Source: Treponema sp. (GTDB lineage: Bacteria > Spirochaetota > Spirochaetia > Treponematales > Treponemataceae). From it: a DNA stretch of 64,000 bases. Under the pieces are notes generated by a model. It was not told the DNA's origin and did not search any database. It saw nothing but the letters and a program-made list of their open reading frames with translations. The DNA lies in contig JAZLKD010000006.1 in the NCBI GenBank assembly GCA_045597415.1, positions 4,802 through 68,801 on the forward strand. The letters are read 5' to 3'. Shown piece after piece: positions 32,011 through 41,182 of the stretch. The translations under genes and the position numbers were made by a program. Every line of letters starts with the position of its first letter. Position 1 is the first letter of the stretch.

Positions 32011-32250
32011 ATGTGTCAGGTAAATGTTCTTGAAGCTAAGACTAATTTTTCTAAACTTTTAAAAATGCTGGAAGATGGCGTTGAAAAGGAAGTGATTGTT
32101 GCCCGCAGCGGGAAACCTGTGGCAAAAATTACACTGATGCCAAAGGTGGATGTTTCTAAAAGAATCGGGTTGTTTAAGGGGAAGTTTGTCTGTCCTGAAG
32201 ACATTGATGACTGCAATGATGAAATTGCAAGACTTTTTGGGGTGGAATAA
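32011..32250 (+). CDS. Phd/YefM-family type II antitoxin
   Basis: VNVLEAKTNFSKLL...EVIVARSGKPVAKI; GGAGG SD. Confidence 0.9.
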   Translation: MCQVNVLEAKTNFSKLLKMLEDGVEKEVIVARSGKPVAKITLMPKVDVSKRIGLFKGKFVCPEDIDDCNDEIARLFGVE

Positions 32251-32651
32251 TGGAATTACTTTTAGACACACACATTATTCTCTGGGTTTTAACTGAAGAT
32301 CCCCGGGTTACGTCTGAGATTCGTGAAATTATTACTAATCCACGGCATAAACTTTATTACAGTATGATTTCTATGTGGGAAGTAGCCATAAAAAAATCTT
32401 CTGGAAAAACTATGCCTATAAACGGCGTTGAATTCATGCATTACTGTGAAGCCTGCGGTTATGAGCGGCTGCCTCTGGAAGACCGTCATGTCTGTGCTTA
32501 CGAAACTCTCGTTCATAATGAGAACTATCCGGAACACAAAGATCCCTTTGACAAAATGCTTCTTGCACAGGCAAAGGCTGACGGCATGCTTTTGATAACT
32601 CATGACAATAAATTCAAAGCCTTTAATGAGCCTTATGTGCGGATTGTTTAA
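32250..32651 (+). CDS. VapC-family PIN toxin
   Basis: LLLDTHIILW, SMWEVAIK, HKDPFDKMLLAQA, LITHD. Confidence 0.92.
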   Translation: MELLLDTHIILWVLTEDPRVTSEIREIITNPRHKLYYSMISMWEVAIKKSSGKTMPINGVEFMHYCEACGYERLPLEDRHVCAYETLVHNENYPEHKDPFDKMLLAQAKADGMLLITHDNKFKAFNEPYVRIV

Positions 32652-32819
32652 GCGGGCGTTGCGGGGCAGCGTTTGAAGAGGGTAGCGGGACTAAAGGGCT
32701 TCATATTCCTGACGCAGTCAGGACATGCGCGTAAGCGCATACGTAAAATAACGCAAGTTTGGGAACAAACTTGCAGTGTTCTTACAAACTGTAAGAACAC
32801 TAGTATTCCTGACGCGAAG

Positions 32820-32876
32820 CTGTTTTGGGGAATTAACAGGGATGAACGCAGATAGACGCGGATTATGGAGAGTTGT
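32820..32876 (+). repeat. Direct repeat copy 1 flanking pdxST
   Basis: CTGTTTTGGGGAATTAACAG.GAT..ACGC...GATTATGGAGAGTTGT; matches 34674-34720 with one short indel. Confidence 0.8.
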
Positions 32877-33036
32877 CACTTCGAGCACAGTCGAGAAGTC
32901 TGGCTGGTGGAGAGACCTCTCCACTGCGGTCGAGGTGACACCAGCTTTTCGGGTGAGGGTGCACCTGTTTTTGGGTGAAGTGACACCAGCACTTAGGTCG
33001 AGGTGATAATCCATTTTTTTTACAGCAATAAACTTT

Positions 33037-33615
33037 TTAGTTTATCATTTTCAGAAAATACTCGTAGATTCGATTATCTTCGTTCAATTCTGGATGAAAA
33101 CTCATTGCCAATTGATTTTTGTATCGTACTGCAACAATTTTTTCTTCACTTTCAGAATTTTTGAGGACAGAAAGAATTTCTACATCGTTTTTAGCTGATT
33201 TTATGATTGGAGCGCGAATGAATGTCATCGGAATTTTTCCAATGTCAGAAAATTCACTTTCAATATAAAAACTTCCAAGTTGACGACCGAAAGCATTTCT
33301 TTGAACAGTAACAGGCAAAGTCGAAAAATGTTTTGTTTCGTCATTTTCAATATTTTCCGAAAGAAGAATGAGTCCAGCACAGGTTGCAAGAACTGGAATT
33401 CCCTTTTGGATTTTGTTTTTCAAATCGTCAAACATTCCAAGTTCATGCAGCAATTTTCCCTGAACTGTACTCTCCCCTCCAGGAAGAACTAAGCCGTCAA
33501 GATTCTTTTCTAAATCAGTTTTGTTTCTGATTTCAAAACATTCAACGCCAAGTTCTTCGAGTCGATTCTTGTGTTCGATGAACGCGCCTTGAACTGCAAG
33601 TATTCCAATTTTCAT
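33037..33615 (-). CDS. pdxT: PLP synthase glutaminase subunit
   Basis: [37 protein letters not shown]. Confidence 0.96.
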   Translation of the reverse strand: MKIGILAVQGAFIEHKNRLEELGVECFEIRNKTDLEKNLDGLVLPGGESTVQGKLLHELGMFDDLKNKIQKGIPVLATCAGLILLSENIENDETKHFSTLPVTVQRNAFGRQLGSFYIESEFSDIGKIPMTFIRAPIIKSAKNDVEILSVLKNSESEEKIVAVRYKNQLAMSFHPELNEDNRIYEYFLKMIN

Positions 33616-34487
33616 TTACCACGCTCTGCCATCAAAATTTTGATTTCACTTTCATTGATTCCGACCATTGCTTCGCCTAAGTCTTCGCTAAGTTCTGCAA
33701 TGATTTTTGGATTGTTGAAATTTGTAACAGCTTTTACGATTGCAGCCGCTCTTTTTTCAGGATTTCCGGACTTGAAAATTCCAGAACCTACAAAAACGCC
33801 TTCTGCTCCAAGCTGCATCATCAAAGCAGCATCGGCAGGAGTTGCAACACCACCAGCAGCGAAATTTACAACAGGCAATTTTTTGTTTTTATGAACGAAC
33901 TGAACGAGTTCAAATGGCACCTGAAGATTTTTTGCTTCAACATAAAGTTCATCCTCTGTCATTGCAGAAATCTTTGCAATTTCACTATTCATCATTCTCA
34001 TATGACGCACAGCTTGAATAATATCGCCAGTTCCAGGTTCTCCTTTTGTGCGAATCATTGAAGCTCCTTCGTTAATTCTTCGCAAGGCCTCGCCCAAATC
34101 TTTTGCACCACACACAAACGGAACTTTGAAATTTCTTTTATTAACATGGTGAACATCGTCTGCAGGAGAAAGAACTTCGCTTTCATCGATGTAGTCTATT
34201 TCGATTGCTTCAAGAATCTGTGCTTCCACAAAGTGACCGATTCTGCACTTTGCCATAACAGGAATTGAAACTGCCTCTTGAATACCACGAATCATTTTTG
34301 GGTCGCTCATTCTAGCAACGCCACCAGCCGCACGAATGTCAGCCGGGATTCTTTCCAACGCCATGACGGCACACGCACCAGCTTTTTCGGCGATTTTTGC
34401 CTGCTCTGGAGTTGTAACATCCATAATTACGCCACCTTTGAGCATTTGTGCGAGATTTTTATTTAACTCATATCTGTTTTCAGTCAT
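33612..34487 (-). CDS. pdxS: PLP synthase lyase subunit
   Basis: [35 protein letters not shown]. Confidence 0.97.
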   Translation of the reverse strand: MTENRYELNKNLAQMLKGGVIMDVTTPEQAKIAEKAGACAVMALERIPADIRAAGGVARMSDPKMIRGIQEAVSIPVMAKCRIGHFVEAQILEAIEIDYIDESEVLSPADDVHHVNKRNFKVPFVCGAKDLGEALRRINEGASMIRTKGEPGTGDIIQAVRHMRMMNSEIAKISAMTEDELYVEAKNLQVPFELVQFVHKNKKLPVVNFAAGGVATPADAALMMQLGAEGVFVGSGIFKSGNPEKRAAAIVKAVTNFNNPKIIAELSEDLGEAMVGINESEIKILMAERGK

Positions 34488-34673
34488 TTTTTTTCTCCCG
34501 AAAAATAAATATTGAAAACTGCGCAGTTGTATTTTTTTAATCGATTATAAAATATATTAAAATAAAATCTGATATTAAAAAATATCCAAATTTAATAAAT
34601 ATCTATAATACCAGATTTGCGTAAAATACCCGACAATTTTAATGAGATTACAGAAAAACATCCATGTTAATAC

Positions 34674-34720
34674 CTGTTTTGGGGAATTAACAGAGATTGA
34701 CGCAGATTATGGAGAGTTGT
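34674..34720 (+). repeat. Direct repeat copy 2 flanking pdxST
   Basis: CTGTTTTGGGGAATTAACAGAGATTGACGCAGATTATGGAGAGTTGT. Confidence 0.8.
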
Positions 34721-34884
34721 TGTTCAAAGGCGTTGCGGGAATGTGTCCCGCAGAGAGGGTAGCGGTTGACGCAACAAAGCGGAACAAGTGGCAAAGCTTG
34801 CTTTGACATTTGTGGAGAGACTTGCGGCAAGAGCGAGGGAGAGACTTCTCCCTCATTATTTTTTTCTAAGTTTGTAAATAAAAT

Positions 34885-34913
34885 TTGACTGTAAATGTAA
34901 GTTGTCTTATAAT
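34885..34913 (+). promoter_or_regulatory. Sigma-70 promoter, probably giving a leaderless mRNA
   Basis: TTGACT-17 nt-TATAAT, 6 nt before ATG 34920. Confidence 0.7.
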
Positions 34914-34919
34914 TGTTGT

Positions 34920-35462
34920 ATGAATGAAACTTTAAAGGCCCTGAGGGTGCAGAACGGTTATTCTCAAAGTTATCTGGCGACTTATCTTGAAGTGTCGCGG
35001 CAGATGTATATCAAATACGAAAATGGTGAAGTTGAACCTCCTGTACGGATTATTAAAATGCTATGTGCTTTGTACAGGGTTTCGTCGGATCTGATAATTG
35101 AAAACAAACTTGGGTACAGTTACGAAAATGCCGGACGAGATGTTTTTTATCCTGATTTAGATGACAGACCTCTGAAGGTTGCTGAACCTGATGCCGTGTA
35201 CAGACCTGTTGAAAATCAGCTGCTTGACGAACTTGTAGGTGAACTTAAAAATCTTTCGAAGGACAGTCTTAAGGCTGTAATGGCTTTTACAAAATTTCTT
35301 ATTCATGGAAAAATGTCGTTTGATGAGAATACGGCGGATTCTGATGATGCTGATGGTGGTGGCGGACCGTTCCTTGTAAAAAAAGAATTTTTTGATCTGT
35401 GCGGGAATGTTGATTTTGATTCTGAGGCAATCAATGAATTGCGGGAGGCCAGTTTTGTATGA
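34920..35462 (+). CDS. XRE-family HTH protein, probable antitoxin
   Basis: LKALRVQNGYSQSYLATYLEVSRQMYIKYENG; overlaps the start of a PIN gene. Confidence 0.8.
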   Translation: MNETLKALRVQNGYSQSYLATYLEVSRQMYIKYENGEVEPPVRIIKMLCALYRVSSDLIIENKLGYSYENAGRDVFYPDLDDRPLKVAEPDAVYRPVENQLLDELVGELKNLSKDSLKAVMAFTKFLIHGKMSFDENTADSDDADGGGGPFLVKKEFFDLCGNVDFDSEAINELREASFV

Positions 35463-35839
35463 AACTTACTGACACAAACGTTTTTATTGATTTCTGGAAA
35501 AATCAGGATGAAGCTTCGAGAAAGGTTTTTGAAAGCTGCGAAATTGCAGTCTGCGGTGTGATTTATACTGAACTTTTGACCGGCTGCAGGTCTCAGGAAC
35601 AAAAACAGAAAATTCTGTCTGTTCTGTCCGGCTGTAAGTATTTTTCTTTTACAAAAGATGACTGGACAGGATTTGCTGATTTTCTCAAAAAATTAAAAGA
35701 TGAAGGTGTTTCAGTTCCTTTTCAGGATGGGGTTATTGCCTGGCTGGCCATAAAAAACAATTGTGAAGTGTGGTCCAGGGACAAACATTTTGTGGTCATG
35801 AAAGCAGTTTTTCCTGAACTTAAAGTTTTTTCTGTCTGA
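35459..35839 (+). CDS. PIN-domain (VapC-like) toxin
   Basis: LTDTNVFID, ELLTG, FQDGVIA, WSRDKHF. Confidence 0.88.
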   Translation: MKLTDTNVFIDFWKNQDEASRKVFESCEIAVCGVIYTELLTGCRSQEQKQKILSVLSGCKYFSFTKDDWTGFADFLKKLKDEGVSVPFQDGVIAWLAIKNNCEVWSRDKHFVVMKAVFPELKVFSV

Positions 35840-35959
35840 TGCGGGCAGAAGCGATGGAGAGATTTAATGGACCGTTCATGTCTTGAAATATTATTTGCAT
35901 TTTAATAAACTAACTATGAATGACATTTTTTAAAATTTTGTCAAAATAGGAGTTTAACT

Positions 35960-36913
35960 ATGGCAAAGAAGTATGCTTTCCTTTTTCCAGGACAGGGTGC
36001 ACAGACTGTTGGTATGATTAAAGACGTTTGTGAAGCTTATCCTGAAGCTCAGAAAGTTGTTGATGAAGTTTCTAAAATTACTGGCAAAGATGTTGCTAAA
36101 CTTTTGTGGGACACTCCACAGGAAGAACTTAACCGTTCTGACAACAGCCAGCTTGCTATTACTACTGCCAGCCTTGCTATCATGGCTGCTCTTAAAACAA
36201 AAGGTATTGAACCATCTGCTGCTATGGGATTCTCTCTTGGTGAATTCCCGGCTCTCTACGCTGCAGGAATCTTGAGCTTTGAAGATGTAATCAAAGTTGT
36301 AAGTGAACGCGGTGCAATCATGCAGAAAGTTTGTGAACAGATTGGTGAAGAAAGTGCTGGAAACGCTCCTGGTATGACTGCTGTTCTTGGTCTTGCTCCA
36401 GAACAGGTTGAAGAACTTTGTAAGGGTATCGATGGTGCCTATGCTGCAAACCTTAACTCTGTAAAACAGACTGTTGTTGCCGGTACTAACGAAGGTCTTG
36501 CAAAGGTTGAAGAAGCTGCAAAGGCTGCTGGGGCTCGCCGTTGTGTTCGCCTTGCTGTTGCAGGTCCATTCCACTCACCACTTATGCAGAGAGCTGCTGA
36601 CAACTTTAAGGTTGCTCTTGAACCATACACATTCTGTGATCCAAAAATCACTCTTTTCTCAAACGTTACTGGTAAAAAAGTAACAGAAGGAGCTCCGGCA
36701 AAAGTAAGCGCTGTTGACCACCTTACAAACCCGGTTCGCTGGACAGATGAAGAAGCTGTTCTTGCTGATCTGATCAAATCAAGCGGCGACGAATGGGCTG
36801 TTCTTGAAGTTGGACCTGGAAAAGTTCTTGCAGGTCTCTGGGGTCAGACAGAAATGGGCGCAGAACTCGCAGCAGTTTCTGTAAATACAGCTGAAACTGT
36901 TGCTGCGCTGTAA
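35960..36913 (+). CDS. fabD: Malonyl-CoA:ACP transacylase
   Basis: FLFPGQGAQ, GFSLGE, AGPFHSPLM, EVGPGKVL. Confidence 0.93.
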   Translation: MAKKYAFLFPGQGAQTVGMIKDVCEAYPEAQKVVDEVSKITGKDVAKLLWDTPQEELNRSDNSQLAITTASLAIMAALKTKGIEPSAAMGFSLGEFPALYAAGILSFEDVIKVVSERGAIMQKVCEQIGEESAGNAPGMTAVLGLAPEQVEELCKGIDGAYAANLNSVKQTVVAGTNEGLAKVEEAAKAAGARRCVRLAVAGPFHSPLMQRAADNFKVALEPYTFCDPKITLFSNVTGKKVTEGAPAKVSAVDHLTNPVRWTDEEAVLADLIKSSGDEWAVLEVGPGKVLAGLWGQTEMGAELAAVSVNTAETVAAL

Positions 36914-37098
36914 TCTTTTTTCGCTTATGGATTATTTTCAAAAGATCCATAAAGATATACAAATGAGTTTTGAAAAGTGTGCCGGAGTCGGGGTTCCGGC
37001 ACAAAAAAAATTCTGCACAAGCGAAGCGCGGAAGCCTTTTTTTGGGACGGGTTCCCGACGGGAGGCATATTTTTCAACAATTAATAAAGGAGTTTTTT

Positions 37099-37848
37099 AT
37101 GGAACTTTTGAAAAATAAAAAGGCACTTGTTACTGGTTCAAGCCGTGGTATCGGTAAAGGAATCGTTGAAGCTTATCTTAAAAACGGTTGTGAAGTGTGG
37201 GGTCTTTGTTCTAAGCCTTCTGCTTCTAAAGATGAACTTGAAGCTCTTGCAAAAGAAAACGGCGTTGCTTTTCACGAAATCTACTGTGATGTTGGAAACG
37301 CTGACCAGATCAAAGAAGTTGTAACTGCAGCTGTAAAAGAAGCCGGCGGATTTGATGTTCTGGTAAACAATGCCGGAATCACCCGAGACGGTCTTTCTTT
37401 CCGCATGAAAAAAGAAGACTGGGACGACGTTATCCGCATCAACCTTACATCTGCTTTCCTCATCTGTCAGATTGTTTCTTATGACATGGTTCGCAACAAG
37501 AAGCCAGGCTCAATCATCAACATGTCTTCTATCGTTGGTGTTCACGGAAACGGCGGACAGGTTAACTACGCAGCTTCAAAGGGCGGTCTTATCGCTTATT
37601 CAAAATCTCTTGCTGCAGAAGTTGGAAGCCGTGGAATCCGCGTAAACGTAATTGCACCAGGTTTCATTGAAACAGACATGACAGGCGTTCTCAAGGAAGA
37701 ACTCCGTGCTGCAATGGTTGAACAGACACTCCTTAAACGTGCCGGAAAACCAGAAGACATTGCAAATACAGCTTTGTACCTCGCTTCTGATCTTTCATCT
37801 TATGTTAGCGCACAGGTGATCGGAGTAGATGGAGGCATGGGAGCATAG
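37099..37848 (+). CDS. fabG: 3-oxoacyl-ACP reductase
   Basis: TGSSRGIG, VNNAGITRD, NYAASK, PGFIETDMT. Confidence 0.95.
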   Translation: MELLKNKKALVTGSSRGIGKGIVEAYLKNGCEVWGLCSKPSASKDELEALAKENGVAFHEIYCDVGNADQIKEVVTAAVKEAGGFDVLVNNAGITRDGLSFRMKKEDWDDVIRINLTSAFLICQIVSYDMVRNKKPGSIINMSSIVGVHGNGGQVNYAASKGGLIAYSKSLAAEVGSRGIRVNVIAPGFIETDMTGVLKEELRAAMVEQTLLKRAGKPEDIANTALYLASDLSSYVSAQVIGVDGGMGA

Positions 37849-37952
37849 TCCCACACCTCCATCTACTCAATGACAACTTTCAGTTGTCAGGCGTTGACGG
37901 AGGTATTGGTGCATAACGCCCGGCTTAAATAGACTCAGGCCGTCAGGGTACC

Positions 37953-38035
37953 TGAAGTGCACCCAAGAAATTGGACACTTTAACTAGGCAGATTTTAAGG
38001 ACTGATTCCTGAATTGTAAAGGAGTCAGTCCTTTT
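37953..38035. mobile_element. Probable orphan IS3-family-like end (terminal inverted repeat plus hairpin), no transposase
   Basis: TGAAGTGCACCCAAGAAATTGGACA resembles IS3/IS150-type ends (from recall); followed by AAGGACTGATTCCT...AGGAGTCAGTCCTT hairpin. Confidence 0.4.
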
Positions 38036-38102
38036 AATTTAAGCTTAATTTTCTTTTCATTGTACCATTCCAGATATTCAATCAACTCTTACATAAAAGT
38101 TG

Positions 38103-38900
38103 CTACATAAACATGACGTAATAAACCGGCAGGTAAGTGATATTTTTTTCTGTGCGGACGGTTCTTTCATTTGAGAGAACAAAGGCTTTCTTAACGGAAT
38201 AATCTCTATTGCTGAGAAATGTATCTATTGCGCTGTGAATTCTGTAATCTTTCCCAGATTTTACTTCGATGGGAACTATTGAAAGACTGTCGTAATCGTT
38301 AATCAGAAAATCTACTTCGCCTTTTGCCTTGTTGTCGTAATAAAACAAGTTTTTTCTGTAAATCGTATTTTGAAGCATCCATGCCGTAATAGGTATGAAT
38401 TTCTTTTTGTATGGTTCTAACTTTTATAATATTGTTTGTTTCTATGAAAGTTTTAACGGCATCAGGTAAACCTCCTGCTAAAAGATATTTTTTTAAACTG
38501 TCCATAAGTTTATTGTGAACATTCTCATCTAAAGTTTCCTGTGCATCAAATTTTTTTCGTAGAGATGTTAAAAATAATTCACCGCAGCCACTGGCAATAA
38601 GAAATTCTTCAAAATCCATCGGATACATGTGCATTATTTCTATGCTTCCCATGGGAATTGAAGATGTTTGATAAAGAGTAACTCCAAGAAGAGAGCCACT
38701 GGCAATATATGTGAATCTGTTTTCCTGTTTTAAGAACTTAATCAATGTAAGAAGGTGAGGATAAGCCTGTATTTCATCCAGAAAAATTAAAGTATTTTCT
38801 TTTGTGTCAAGTTTGTCTCCAGCTATCATGCTGAGCTGAAGGTAGAAATCTTCAGTTTTTTTTGATTTTTCTGAACATATCTGCACTTTTCCACAATTTT
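38103..38900 (-). pseudogene. Degraded AAA_14/DUF4143-type ATPase
   Basis: Walker B LIFLDEIQ, SGSLLG, MYPMDFEEF, GGLP present but no Walker A; after DASKYD the frame shifts into the C-terminal GEVDF...PIEVKSG part, so the middle is missing. Confidence 0.8.
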
Positions 38901-39127
38901 TGATGAGAAAATTATACACTTTTCTGAGAAAAATAGTATAGAAAAAACACACTTTTCCATAAATTTAGACGAGCAAATTATACACTTTTCTTAAAAAGTT
39001 TTAGCTGGTGACAGGATAGCCGGAATTTACCGTCGGGCTGTAATAATTGAATCAATGACGCGTCATACCCTGGCGCTGCTTGTTTGTTCCATGTCCTAAG
39101 CGGACACAAGGCTGTCAGTGGTGCTAA

Positions 39128-39185
39128 CCGCCTGTTCGGGCATTTTCAATGAGTTAATTATATACTATATTTTGTATAGTGTATA
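39128..39185. repeat. 58-bp direct repeat copy A1, left boundary of the DGR/TA cassette
   Basis: CCGCCTGTTCGGGCATTTTCAATGAGTTAATTATATACTATATTTTGTATAGTGTATA; 57/58 identical to 42560-42617. Confidence 0.93.
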
Positions 39186-39214
39186 TTTTGTTATGATTAT
39201 TGGAATTAGAATGT

Positions 39215-39571
39215 ATGGCTTTGTATTATGATCTTCCGGTTTTTAAGGATGTATATCATCTGGCGTTGCGTTTTTTTCAACTGACTTCAAATTTTCCGCG
39301 GGAATATAAATTTACTATCGGTCAGGATTTAAAACGAGATTGTATCGTTCTTGTTCGATATATTTATCGTGCAAATAAAACCAAGGATAAAGTTTTGTAT
39401 CTGGAACAGTTTCTGGATCATTTTGAGATTATAAAATTTGAAGTGCGCTTGTGTACTGATTTGAAGCTTATTACAATAAAGCAGTCTGCTGAAGTTTCTG
39501 AAAAGCTTGAAGCTATCGGCAGACAGATTACTGCCTGGAGAAATTCATGCAGTAATAGCCGGAATCCGTAG
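39215..39571 (+). CDS. avd: DGR accessory variability determinant (Avd, four-helix bundle)
   Basis: LPVFKDVY...FPREYKFTIGQDL...IGRQITAW; directly upstream of TR and RT. Confidence 0.85.
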   Translation: MALYYDLPVFKDVYHLALRFFQLTSNFPREYKFTIGQDLKRDCIVLVRYIYRANKTKDKVLYLEQFLDHFEIIKFEVRLCTDLKLITIKQSAEVSEKLEAIGRQITAWRNSCSNSRNP

Positions 39572-39732
39572 AGTTAAGGCTTTGCGGAGTGAGCCAGCTT
39601 TTGTGTAAAAGCGGCAGATTCACCGGAACAAAAACTGCAGGATAAAACTGCATGGCCACAAGCTGCCTTTTTTCCGGTAACCATAATCTTATGTAAATTC
39701 TTATATAGGAGCCTCAAGAAATCTGCTTTATC

Positions 39733-39852
39733 TGGTCGTCGTCCCAGTACGCTTCCAACGATAATAATGCATACAAACTCAATTTCAACAATGGGGACTG
39801 GAACAACAACAACAAGAACAACAACAACAATTACGTTTGTTGTATCCGGGAT
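39733..39852 (+). repeat. DGR template repeat (TR)
   Basis: Intergenic, 15 AAC/AAT triplets, 44 adenines; gap-free match to 41858-41977. Confidence 0.95.
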
Positions 39853-39879
39853 TTTGCACAAAAGCTTTTTTTTTAGAAA

Positions 39880-41130
39880 ATGTATGATGAAAATTCTTTT
39901 CTGGAATTTCTCTTTTCTCTATATTTTGAATGCCGAAAAAACAAGCGCTATTCTTTTGGAGCGTTGACGTTTGAAGTTGATTACGAAAATAATCTGTTGC
40001 AGCTTTACAGGGAACTTATAGAACATAAATGGCATCCTGGAAGCTGTAACTGCTTTATTGTAGATAAGCCTGTCAAAAGAGAAATATTTGCAGCTCCTTT
40101 TAAAGACCGTATCGTTCATCATCTTATTATTTCTGAACTTGAACCTTGTTTTGAAAAATATTTTATTCATGATTCTTATGCCTGCAGAAAGGGCAAAGGA
40201 ACACATACAGCAATAACCCGACTGTCGCATTATATTAACAGCAGTACTTGCAACGATTTAAAAGAGGCTTGGATTCTAAAAATGGATATCAAAGGCTTCT
40301 TTATGAACATCAATCGAAAGAAACTTTATGAAAAGCTGGAAAAATTTATTGATACCAGATACAAAGAATATCTTTTTTTAAATTTACAGAACAACAAAAA
40401 TACAAAGCTTAAAGGACAATGGTTATTTGACCTGCAAAAAATTGAAGAGAAAATAGCATTTATAAAATATCTTACAAAAGAAGTTGTCTATAATGATCCG
40501 ACAAAAAATGTAAACTACAAAAGTCCAAAAAGCTCATGGGAAGGGCTTCCAAAAGACAAGTCTCTTTTTACAACAAAAGCTGGTTGTGGGCTTCCTATTG
40601 GAAATCTTACAAGTCAGGTTTTTGCTAATTTTTATCTGACTGAATTTGACCATTATATTAAGCACACGCTGGGAATAAAATGCTATGTCAGATATGTAGA
40701 TGATTTTGTGATTGTTCATGAAGAAAAAAGCTATTTAAAATATCTGATTCCAAAAATCCGAAAGTTTTTAAAAGATGAATTAGATTTGACTTTGCATCCT
40801 AAAAAGATTTATCTGCAAAGGGCAAAGACAGGTGTTCCATTTTTGGGTGTATATATAAAGCCCAATTATATAACTGCCGGAAAGCGAATTCAAAAAAACT
40901 TTAAACAGAAGGTAAAGCTGTACGAAAAACTTGCAGAAGACCACAAACCAACAAAAGAAGAAAAAAGACAGATAATCGCAAGCATAAATTCCTATCTTGG
41001 AATTTTGAGACATTATAAGACATGGAGATTCAGAACAGAAATACTAAAAAAACATTTTAAGGAAAAACTTTCAAAACATTTCAGACTTAAGAGAGAAGCC
41101 TTAAAACTGGAGAAAAAAAGAAAAAAGTAG
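39880..41130 (+). CDS. DGR reverse transcriptase
   Basis: KREIFAAPFKDRIVHH, SYACRKGKGTH, KMDIKGFF, GLPIGNLTSQ (DGR-type SQ), YVRYVDD, FLG. Confidence 0.95.
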   Translation: MYDENSFLEFLFSLYFECRKNKRYSFGALTFEVDYENNLLQLYRELIEHKWHPGSCNCFIVDKPVKREIFAAPFKDRIVHHLIISELEPCFEKYFIHDSYACRKGKGTHTAITRLSHYINSSTCNDLKEAWILKMDIKGFFMNINRKKLYEKLEKFIDTRYKEYLFLNLQNNKNTKLKGQWLFDLQKIEEKIAFIKYLTKEVVYNDPTKNVNYKSPKSSWEGLPKDKSLFTTKAGCGLPIGNLTSQVFANFYLTEFDHYIKHTLGIKCYVRYVDDFVIVHEEKSYLKYLIPKIRKFLKDELDLTLHPKKIYLQRAKTGVPFLGVYIKPNYITAGKRIQKNFKQKVKLYEKLAEDHKPTKEEKRQIIASINSYLGILRHYKTWRFRTEILKKHFKEKLSKHFRLKREALKLEKKRKK

Positions 41131-41182
41131 TTTATAATGAAAGTGCTTTTTATAGCAAAAAATATTTAAGGAGGACTTTTTA

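Noticed and set aside
37911-37952. GCATAAC-GCCCGGCTTAA as an integron attC left end
   Set aside because: No matching GTTRRRY arm at a suitable distance and no integrase; at most a truncated remnant
39802-39831. (AAC)n run as a microsatellite or the Thr-rich 66-aa ORF 39767-39967
   Set aside because: Fully explained as the adenine-rich DGR template repeat
39880-41130. RT as a group II intron, retron or Abi RT
   Set aside because: SQ motif, adjacent avd and a TR/VR pair indicate a DGR; no maturase or endonuclease domain seen
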